64,000 bases of DNA from positions 5,270,001 to 5,334,000 of the forward strand of contig CM120647.1 in NCBI GenBank assembly GCA_051362555.1, written 5' to 3'. The notes under the pieces were generated by a model. The model was not told the DNA's origin. It did not search any database and saw only the letters and a list, made by a program, of their open reading frames with translations. This document shows positions 28,401 through 36,113 of this stretch, piece after piece. Source of the stretch: Lingula anatina (lineage: Eukaryota; Animalia; Brachiopoda). The first letter of the stretch is position 1; the number at the start of each line of letters is the position of its first letter. Both the position numbers and the translations under genes were made by a program.

Positions 28401-30769
28401 TCAAGATTATATATAGGAATGCAATATTCTTTTTTAAAATCTCGTATGGATTCATTAATTTTTTCGACATAGGTCATGTCATATAGGAGGGAATTATTAA
28501 ATTTCCAAAGTCCTCTTCCTCGCTTAAAACTGTCAAATTTTACTTGAAGTTTAATTGGTGAGTGATCTGATCTATAACCAACTAGGGTGCTAACTGAGAC
28601 CAGATTTGGAACTAAATTATCTGAGGTGAGAAAAAAATCCAGCCTGGCTTGTTTAACTGGATTTCTTTTTCGCCAAGTGAAATAGACACATTCCCATATA
28701 GTTCTCTATATGGGTCTACATAGCCATTTTCTTTTATCATATTTAAAACACTTAATCTTGCCTTTGGGTTATTTATCCGTGAATAATTATAGTAATCAGT
28801 ATCTGGATTCAAAACCAGGTTAAAATCTCCACAAATTATTTGAAATTCACTGTCCATTTCATCGATCTTTTTAAAAAGATTTTCAAAGAATGCGGGGTTA
28901 TCAGTGTTAGGACCATAGATATTTGCAACTGTTACAATTTTATCATCAACGTCAAATTTCAGAATAAGTATATTCCCGGATTCGTCCTTGAATTCCTGTA
29001 GCAATTTAAAATTTATGTTACTTTGTAGTAGAATTGCTACGCCTCGGGCGTTTGAAGTATAAGAACTGAAATAAGCTTCGTAACCCCATTCATTCCTTAT
29101 CTGAGCTTCTATTTCATAAGTAAAATGTGTATCCTGTAAACAAAGGATATTACATTTCAAATTTCGTAAATATTGAAAGACATCTTTTCTCTTCTCAAAA
29201 CTCCCCATACTTTGACAGTTTACGCTGATAATTTCTACCATTTCAAGTTGTTAGCTATATTAATATTCCATATGACGAGTATACTGCAACAATGACTAGC
29301 GGGGTCTCCCTCGTCTTCCTCTCTCGGCACGGTCTGACAGGCTGCGAGCGCGTTGTTGACCCGTGGCATGAATCACATCTTGCTGAGTAGTATTTGTTCC
29401 ACGTGCCGTGCTCTGATGCATGTCGGGTGGGATAAACTCACGATCGTCAATAAATAGTTTATCCATCACCAAAACAGCCTTCTTTCCATCCCTTTTTGCT
29501 GCTTTCAAATGGGGCATCAAAAGCTTTCTCTTTTCATTGATCTCCTTCAGAAATTGTTCGTTTTCTCCAAAGGGTTTGCCAGCTAAAGTGCGCGGCGCGG
29601 CTTTCCTCACCATCTCCCGATCTCGGAAGGATGAAAATTTTGCTACTATCGGTCGATGTCTACCATTTATTTTCTTTCCTATCCTGTGCACTCGATCAAA
29701 GTTTATGCCCTCGTCAAACCGCATCTCTTTTTTGAGGAAATTCTGTAATAAATTTTCCGGTAATTCGTTGTTTTCCTCCTTAATTCCGGTGAAAACTAAA
29801 TTGTCCCGCATCGACCTCGCCTGTAACATCACGTGGCGATCACGTAACTCATTCAGTTTTTCAGTCATATTCACTATGTCAGATCTGAGTTGTACATTTT
29901 CTTTTTGCAGCTCTACTTCATTTATTTGTATCTCTTTTAAAACTGTGTTTGTTTCATCGTTATTCAAGTAATTCTCGTCCAGTTTGTCACACGCAAATTT
30001 CACACTTTTCTCTAGTTCATTTACGTGTTGTCTTAGATCTTCTACTTCTGTTGTGACCTTATGAATCCGTAATTCAAAAACGTTAAATTTGCTTTCAATA
30101 ACGTCTAATTTCTCAAGTTTTTGGCACATTTTTTCTAAAGTTTGTGCTATGTCTTCAATCTTTGAGTTATGGACTGCTTGCTGAGTACTTATCGTTTTTG
30201 TTTGAGGGTTTGCCGGCGTCACACGGAACGTATCGTTGTTATTCATAACCTTATTGGGCGCCGCAGGCGTTGAACAAAGCTGTGCAAGCGTGAAATCCTC
30301 ACTGCTTTGAGAATTGCTCATCGCCGCTATCTTGTTACAACTACTCAGGCTTTCTTCTTCACTGCCAGATTTTGATTCTTTTTTCCTCTTCTTTTTAGCG
30401 TTATAGGACATTCCAAAAAGGTTCACTTATAATTTATACGTAACCCAGTCATTTTTTAATACCTTCTGATCAACCAAAAAGTATTCAAAACTCACTTTTA
30501 TCGGAGAGGTTTTGACCCTTGTGTGTGCTTGTCTCGGCCTCGTTTCCAAAAAACAACATTCCATTATGTACTTATATTGCCCTCCAGTTGACGGTGGATG
30601 GTGCACGTACAGCGATTGGAGTGATTGCTCAGTGACTTGTGAAAACGGCACCCAGACACGCTCTAGGGAGTGCCAATGTCCTGAACCCGCTCACGGTGGC
30701 GCCACCTGTGTGGGTGCGACAACCGAGACACAGTCTTGTAGTGGCCCCTGTTGCCCAGGTAAATATATA

Positions 30770-30814
<45 letters not shown>

Positions 30815-33028
30815 GAAATGCTTTATAGACATAGCCTAAACCATGTACCCCACAAGACCGCACACTTCAATATAGTCATGTCAGGCGACGTGTGATGCAA
30901 GAGACCAGGTTGTTACTTCCCAACAATGTGCATGACGTAAACAATTCATATATATTAAGGTGTGAATATTACAACATGTGAAGTTTCGACGCAGGGCCCG
31001 TTTTGGTTTTTATCCATATCACCCCCAAAAGAATCTACTCATTTGTTCTTTGGTCCATATGTGGTATATCCTGCAAATATAATCAAGGTTCGTCCAAAAA
31101 GTTTTGCGTTATGTTTCGAACAAACAAACTTACGTCATCATAAACAAGTGATAAGCTTATATTCGGAACATATCAATAGGAACATTATATCCTTTTGAGG
31201 GCGGCGATGACATTTTAATACTTATGTTCCAGTGGATGGTTATTTGAGTAATTGGTTACCGTGGTCTTCTTGTTCTGCTACCTGTGGACTGCCAGGAACA
31301 GTGACTCGGTCACGTACCAAGGAGTGTATATATCCCGACCCAGATTGTCCTGGTGATGACTGTGGCCAACTTCCGGAAGAATATGAAAACTGCACCCAAA
31401 AGCCGTGTTGTACAACAAGTGGTGGATCACCGGGTTCATTCCAACACGACAGAGGTTAGTATCCTATTGTAACCTTCGGATATAGCATGACAAAAATAGT
31501 TTTTGTCTGATAACGGATTCTGTTGCAGGCCCATATACACAATATACCTGCACACAGTAGATTCACAACCCCGTATTTTTTCTGTTGTTACAGTTTGCAG
31601 TAAAGTTGGACAGTTTTCAACTCAATTACAGGATTGATACAAAAATGACAAGCGTATTACTTAAATCCGGCTCTACATATCATAATTTATTTTTGCTATA
31701 TAAGGTGTAAAGCTGTATGTGCTGGCATGTACTATCTTAAAACCGTACATGTGACATGATTTTAAGATGATCCTTTTTTCAAAACAATTGGTATTCACAA
31801 TGTGACTTTCATTGTTATTTCTAGGAAATAGGCTTCATGATCTTCGCGTGAATTTCCAGGGAGCTAACACAAATGACAAGTATGTCACCTTTAGATGTGG
31901 GATTGTATTGATTGAAAGTATCCAAAACTATGGTAAGCCGAGACTTTTTTCCATATATAATGGATTTCCTATTATGGTATAAAATAAAAAAGTATACAGA
32001 CTTGAAGCAAAATAATAAAAAAAATATGATTTTAGGATTGGTTTGGTTCCTTACTTGCTAGCACTCAGAGGGCAGACCTCCGCCAAAGTACGTCCATTGT
32101 ACGTGCTAAGAAACCTCTCTTTCTCTCTCTTTAAAACTGAAACCATATGAAATGGAATCAACAATATATAGTGGAATCAATGGCAAAATCCCTCTGTTAT
32201 CTAAATTAAAACCAAATCTCACATTGAAAACAAAATAAATAAACTAATAAAAACGATAAAAATAACTATTTTGATATGCACGTACTACTTGGATTACAGC
32301 TTAAATATCAGGAAGCTGCCCAAATCCAAAATATATAAAAACTAAAAAGATGGTGTCACAAGGGTCTTTATTGATATCCCGATTAAAAGAAGAGAAGAAT
32401 AATATATCAACCAAAACAATAAATAGACTGAACGAACAAACTTTTTAAGGGAATAGAAGTGACTTAATAGATTCTGAGCACAACAATTTTAAGCATAACA
32501 GTTGAATCAAAATATGAAGTTGTGTTGGAAATGTTTATGTGCTGTTTGGTAATTATAAAGACACTAATAAAGCGCCCAACATGGACTTCGATTGGAATAT
32601 CAAATTGTCATAACTTTGGGAATAAAGACTCAAAATACATGGATATTTTATTTTATTATTAAATTGCATCTAAAAACCAACGTGAATCGTATGTAGGTAC
32701 TCATCATGTTATATAGTTTTTAGATTTTTTTTAAATAACGTAGATTTTTGACATGTTATTAAATTTTATTTCATCATTATTATATTTTCATTTTCAAGAT
32801 ACATATCCGCAAAGCATTCCTTACCCTAAAAAAGGGCCATATTGTTTTATTTATGGTTTTGCTAATTGAAATATTCCAGATGACACCTACGTTGCTCCCG
32901 TGCAGGCTGCCGTGACCGACGTATGTACCGACCAGTCTCGTCCGGTTTGTCACGTGACAATCCCTGCCCCTTCCGGCTGCCCCTGCCAAGTGATGATAAA
33001 CTACACGTGTTGCGATGAATTATATTAA
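3437..33028 (+). CDS. Paralog A: secreted Cys-rich protein (signal peptide + integrin-beta-like/Sib-like region + 5 TSP1 repeats + Cys-rich C-terminus), 17 coding exons, ~767 aa
   Basis: Exons 3437-3494, 4472-4531, 5308-5433, 5570-5699, 17671-17811, 17998-18136, 19556-19711, 20190-20317, 20496-20651, 22876-22913, 24369-24548, 24712-24882, 25037-25207, 30588-30758, 31233-31454, 31825-31932, 32880-33028. All introns GT-AG with compatible phases, total 2304 nt, no internal stop; first 12 exons have counterparts in paralog B. Family name is from recalled motifs, not a search. Confidence 0.85.
3779..3859. repeat. (AT)n microsatellite
   Basis: Direct reading. Confidence 0.95.
4472..4531 (+). CDS. 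Paralog A exon 2 ([12 protein letters not shown])
   Basis: ttccag acceptor, gtaagt donor, phase 1-1; SHFR motif right after signal peptide. Confidence 0.8.
4680..5050 (-). mobile_element. Old Tc1/mariner transposase remnant in intron 2, shared with paralog B (57750-58140)
   Basis: GC..YYGVGQL...N...IQVLE...L...HYDN...NPI pattern of the Tc1 DDE domain; predates the gene duplication. Confidence 0.7.
5308..5433 (+). CDS. Paralog A exon 3 ([15 protein letters not shown]...WQCFS)
   Basis: tttaag acceptor, gtaagt donor; 126 nt in both paralogs. Confidence 0.82.
5570..5699 (+). CDS. Paralog A exon 4 ([30 protein letters not shown]...)
   Basis: ctttag acceptor, gtaggt donor; homolog at 58481-58613. 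Confidence 0.82.
6610..7560 (+). repeat. Interspersed repeat with ~370-bp internal subrepeats; inverted partner at 16130-16805
   Basis: Units begin near 6770, 7140, 7520 (gggg.agggaaaagaaa); reverse-complement match seen by eye. Confidence 0.7.
10633..11369. mobile_element. MITE, PIF/Harbinger-like
   Basis: TIR GCCCC(T)GTTTCACAAA...TTTGTGAAACGGGGGGC, flanking CAG/CAG 3-bp TSD; internal fragment repeated at ~36890-37235. Confidence 0.75.
11954..15626 (+). mobile_element. Non-autonomous multi-kb DNA element, copy 1
   Basis: Blockwise homology to 42663-48372 and 48670-51005; CAGT..ATAATTAT-type ends; no coding capacity seen. Confidence 0.7.
16130..16805 (-). repeat. Inverted copy of the 6610-7400 repeat
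   Basis: e.g. gacccttgactaattg vs caattagtcaagggtc; ttatataaggtgtg vs cacaccttatataa. Confidence 0.7.
16867..17532. mobile_element. MITE with ~50-bp TIRs, containing a nested ~190-bp element (17273-17466)
   Basis: GGGCCTGATTTGGT...AAGACTAAAACTAGTCTGAGGC matches GCCTCAGACTAGTTTTAGTCTT...ACCAAATCAGACCC; nested AGGGATAACAAC...GTTGTTATCCCT after TTAA. Confidence 0.75.
17671..17811 (+). CDS. Paralog A exon 5 (CCWV...[19 protein letters not shown])
   Basis: tctcag acceptor, gtaagt donor, phase 2-2; homolog 59063-59203. Confidence 0.85.
17998..18136 (+). CDS. Paralog A exon 6 ([16 protein letters not shown]...ECGNVC)
   Basis: caatag acceptor, gtacgt donor; homolog 59374-59512. Confidence 0.85.
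19329..19414. repeat. (AT)n microsatellite
   Basis: Direct reading. Confidence 0.95.
19556..19711 (+). CDS. Paralog A exon 7 ([12 protein letters not shown]...PLSKVPLQ)
   Basis: tttcag acceptor, gtcagg donor; homolog 60102-60257. Confidence 0.85.
20190..20317 (+). CDS. Paralog A exon 8 ([17 protein letters not shown]...)
   Basis: tttcag acceptor, gtatgt donor; homolog 60777-60904. Confidence 0.85.
20496..20651 (+). CDS. Paralog A exon 9 ([11 protein letters not shown]...ITWTP...ICYQAFG)
   Basis: atatag acceptor, gtaagt donor; homolog 61140-61295; alternating beta-strand pattern, Ig/cadherin-like by inference. Confidence 0.83.
21110..22654. mobile_element. Two decayed Tc1 3' halves in opposite orientation (minus ~21110-22090, plus ~22095-22654)
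   Basis: Same family as 63166-64000; right end ...CTTTTTGACCTATGTTG|TA. Confidence 0.75.
22812..22871. repeat. (ATATT)n microsatellite abutting exon 10 acceptor
   Basis: Direct reading; also at 61550-61632. Confidence 0.9.
22876..22913 (+). CDS. Paralog A exon 10, 38-nt micro-exon ([12 protein letters not shown])
   Basis: ttacag acceptor after (ATATT)n, gtaatg donor; supplies the phase 2-to-1 bridge; homolog 61638-61675. Confidence 0.78.
23640..24030 (-). mobile_element. Penelope-like element GIY-YIG endonuclease fragment
   Basis: C...RCSTC...[37 protein letters not shown]. Confidence 0.8.
24369..24548 (+). CDS. Paralog A TSP1 exon 1
   Basis: [18 protein letters not shown] motif; cacag acceptor ends 24368 (alternative in-frame AG ends 24377). 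Confidence 0.85.
24712..24882 (+). CDS. Paralog A TSP1 exon 2
   Basis: 171 nt, phase 1-1, [20 protein letters not shown]. Confidence 0.88.
25037..25207 (+). CDS. Paralog A TSP1 exon 3
   Basis: 171 nt, phase 1-1. Confidence 0.88.
25479..29241 (-). pseudogene. LINE ORF2 (APE endonuclease, RT, CCHC) with a few frameshifts and a stop
   Basis: LCLQDTH, NIYGPN, GDFN, SDH; [20 protein letters not shown]; CTFC..EVET..HILWDC; breaks near 28690, 28280, 27650 and TAA at 26247. Confidence 0.92.
29296..30426 (-). CDS. LINE ORF1p (coiled coil + RRM-like); probable ATG at 30411
   Basis: Intact ORF with [28 protein letters not shown] motifs. Confidence 0.88.
   Translation of the reverse strand: MNLFGMSYNAKKKRKKESKSGSEEESLSSCNKIAAMSNSQSSEDFTLAQLCSTPAAPNKVMNNNDTFRVTPANPQTKTISTQQAVHNSKIEDIAQTLEKMCQKLEKLDVIESKFNVFELRIHKVTTEVEDLRQHVNELEKSVKFACDKLDENYLNNDETNTVLKEIQINEVELQKENVQLRSDIVNMTEKLNELRDRHVMLQARSMRDNLVFTGIKEENNELPENLLQNFLKKEMRFDEGINFDRVHRIGKKINGRHRPIVAKFSSFRDREMVRKAAPRTLAGKPFGENEQFLKEINEKRKLLMPHLKAAKRDGKKAVLVMDKLFIDDREFIPPDMHQSTARGTNTTQQDVIHATGQQRARSLSDRAERGRRGRPR
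30588..30758 (+). CDS. Paralog A TSP1 exon 4
   Basis: 171 nt, phase 1-1, nearly identical to TSP1 exon 3. Confidence 0.88.
31233..31454 (+). CDS. Paralog A divergent TSP1 exon 5 plus linker
   Basis: [19 protein letters not shown]...TRSRTKEC; ttccag acceptor, gttagt donor. Confidence 0.82.
31825..31932 (+). CDS. Paralog A penultimate coding exon ([12 protein letters not shown]...[14 protein letters not shown])
   Basis: ttctag acceptor, gtaagc donor, 108 nt open in phase 1-1; no paralog in window to confirm. Confidence 0.65.
32880..33028 (+). CDS. Paralog A last coding exon ([15 protein letters not shown]...[10 protein letters not shown])
   Basis: ttccag acceptor, GC-rich island in AT-rich DNA, 6 Cys, TAA at 33026-33028; donor gtaagt at 33032. 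Confidence 0.7.
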
Positions 33029-33250
33029 GTGGTAAGTGTTTATGGAAATAGAGGTTAACTGTTAGAAACAAAAGGGTCAGTTAAACTAATGATTGTGAAT
33101 TTCAACACTCCTTGAATCTAGTACTTCACAAATTTGCATTTTTACAAAAAAGTTTCGTATATCTCTTGGAAGCTTTGGTCTCCTTTAATGATATATTGCA
33201 TTCGGAATCCAAGCTGAAATCTTTATCAAATGTATTTCGTTATTTTACAG

Positions 33251-33440
33251 AGATACTCCAGGACAAAAATGCTGGACAAAACGGACTGATGCAGACATTT
33301 CTCGACTGCATATGCAGTTTCATATTATTCCCAATGATTATTAGTTAGCAGATTGAAAATGACAAAAAAAATATAAAATATGGGAAAAAAAACTGTCGCA
33401 GCTTGCTTATTTACCAATTTAATAAAAAAATCATTCACTT
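33251..33440 (+). other. Probable 3' UTR exon of paralog A with polyadenylation signal
   Basis: ttttacag acceptor ends 33250; AATAAA at 33421. Confidence 0.4.
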
Positions 33441-35785
33441 CCGAAATTAAATTAAAACTTAAATTTACCTTGCTTGTATTAAAGGCCATTATGTACTCAT
33501 TTCAGTTTCCTTTATGTAATTTAATAATATTCTGGTGGTTTGAAATATTATGATATTTATATGTATTTATTAGTTTTAATATTTAAATATTAACGGGAAA
33601 CATTTAGTTTGCTAGGAAGTTTTGATGTCGTTTCAGTATGCCTTTAATCATTGTTTTTTTTTTTTTTTTTTTTTTTTTTCTAAATTCCAATAATACAAGG
33701 GGTTGGTTAATTAATTTAATAATAAGTAAGCCTGCTAGATGCCAGAGGTACTTTGTTAGGCACCATTTTTGTTATTTAATATTTTAGTTAATTGATCTAT
33801 CTTATTAAATATTCAGATTACAATTACATATTTTAATATTCGTATGCACTCATTTGGTGTGATAAGGGAGTGGTAAGCTGTATTGTAAACAAGTCATTCC
33901 ACTTTATGCAAATAAAAATGCCGCAAATGCTTCACTTCGGTTGTTTTCCTTGCCTTATTGCTTACTGTAAGTTTGGTAAGCACATAATTCCCCGATACCG
34001 TTATCAGTTTATAAAGTAACTAATTTTCTCCTTCTCTTGGACCGGTGCTTGGGACGACCCTGTACTATCATTTGATGATTTATGTCGTTTCTAACCAAAC
34101 AACTTACGTTATAAACGAGGAAAGATTTATGTAGGCTGCTATGGAATTGAAATCGCAGAGGAGTGTTTCATTCGGACATAACGCATAAAAACAATGTTAC
34201 TTTAGAAACAAAAATATGCAGCAAATGACATAAGGTATAAACTAACTTGTAAACCTAGCATTGACAAAAAATCATCGCTATAATAAAAGTTCGCAGTCTT
34301 TGCCCTCAAAAACACATCAACATATCAATTTGTTTGTTCTCAACATGACTTAACAATCCCGGAAATTTGAAAATGGCACGTTGGGAATCACAAGCAGATA
34401 ATCAATTACGCTGTAAATAACAAAACCATGCCCTGAGTGTCAGGGCACTATAACGCTAGTTTGCTCACTATGCATACCTTTTCATGGGGTAGCTTTACAG
34501 TGCCCCAGACGAATAGCTGCAATATTGAGTATCCGCCAATCACAGGAACTGATCTGCAATGAGTCTTCAGTGAGATGTCATTAGTCCAAAGTCAAACGTA
34601 AAGCACATGCACTTTTGCTTTATTTAATTTCATTTACTGTATTTGAGACGTAACTTGACAAATTAATAATATAGTTTTAAAAGAAAATATATATACCAGA
34701 TGTTTTTTTTTTTTTTTTTCAACAAAACATTTGCTCCTGAAGATATAAACACAACTGACGTGTGCAAAGTTTGACAGCTACACTGTATACCTGAGACCAC
34801 TAAAATGACTGTGCAATGGCTACACCAAAAATCAGTTTTTAAACCAGAAAGGTGCCTGTGTTGCGGCACTGATTATATTCTAAGTTCAAACTTCAAACTC
34901 CGCGTCAGTCACTCTGTTTCTTTGTCTCGTCTGCAGTAGATGACGTCAGCTCCAGGCGGGACAGACAGCAGCTCCAGGCGGGACATATCTGTGACATACT
35001 GTACTTACTTAGTTCGCAGATTACATGACCGTATCAGCTGCGGACGCCAACGACCTGGTCTACGGATACCATTCTTTACAAAAACGGGCTACTTCATTTC
35101 TCGCGTTTGCAAGGGCTAAACAAGACGAAGTTCCGTCAAACATAAGTATTAAACCGGCATTTTTTCCCTTGTGTTGTGTAAAAAAAGTAAGAAAGCAGGT
35201 GATAGACAGGAGATGTTGGAGGGTGCACATTTAAAGATGAAATAACAAAGTAATCTTCCAGTGTAGCTGCTACTACTGCAATAGAGAACGATGCGGGTAA
35301 CTATTACTGCAGCTAAATTGCTGCATAAATGAATTCTTACTGATGTAGCTCGATAGAAATAGTTACCAAACGCATTGATCATACCAAATACTTGTGTATA
35401 CCTAGATACACAGCGGCTAAGACATGTCAGTGCCCCGGGCAACTGTTGTCACCAAGGCTTGGTCAGCTACCTAAAGGTCGAAATGTGCAGATACATGCTC
35501 CAAAGACTATTCGCTATCAATATGTTTATGTATTTAATTGTTACAACCACTAGTAATCACTCCCTCCATAAATACAATTAATTATCTTATTTGTTCTTTT
35601 TAGGATCGTTTTATAATGTATTTTCTAACGGTTTTATTACGTGATTTTATTATGTGTATTACTTGTGCGACTGCATGCATGCACTATATGTGTCTTTCAC
35701 CCTGGTAATAATGAAGAGATGGTAATAAATGTTTATAAATATGGTAATATATGAATAGCTAAAATTTTAAAATTTGAAATAGAAA

Positions 35786-35821
<36 letters not shown>

Positions 35822-35926
35822 AGCCTAACGACCTTTGTATCTGAAGCCATCATAAATTTCTAGCACACATCTTTGGGTACACAGCGTCGGGAGCAAATAA
35901 ATTAATCTAGAAACATCTTTGACAGT

Positions 35927-36113
35927 GTCACGTGATGAATAAGCTGGTTGCCAATCACTGTTATATAAACATATATTTTATCGCTGCTCACTTATTCGGC
36001 AGTTGCCGTGGGTCCATTAGCCATCCAAGAAGACAGATAGCGTAAAGACAATCTATAGAAGAATACACAGTTATTCAAGTTACCCAAGTACGGAAAGATT
36101 CTTCTCGGTAAGT
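35927..36113 (+). promoter_or_regulatory. Candidate core promoter and non-coding first exon (35990-36107)
   Basis: E-box GTCACGTGA 35927, CCAAT 35951, TATATAAA 35962, Inr-like TCACTT with A at 35990, ATG-free 118 nt, donor cg|gtaagt at 36108. Confidence 0.45.

Larger units (their letters stand above)
25322..30545 (-). mobile_element. Near-full-length L1/Tx1-clade LINE (5.2 kb)
   Basis: ORF1 plus APE-RT-zinc knuckle ORF2; poly(A)-like tail at 25322-25360; perfect 15-bp TSD CCAAAAAACAACATT at 25307-25321 and 30546-30560. Confidence 0.95.

Noticed and set aside
26059-29971. Plus-strand ORFs over the LINE
   Set aside because: Antisense shadows of ORF1/ORF2
31594-31704. Possible extra exon between TSP1 exon 5 and 31825
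   Set aside because: Best acceptor gives an early TGA; the alternative has a weak donor; not needed for frame
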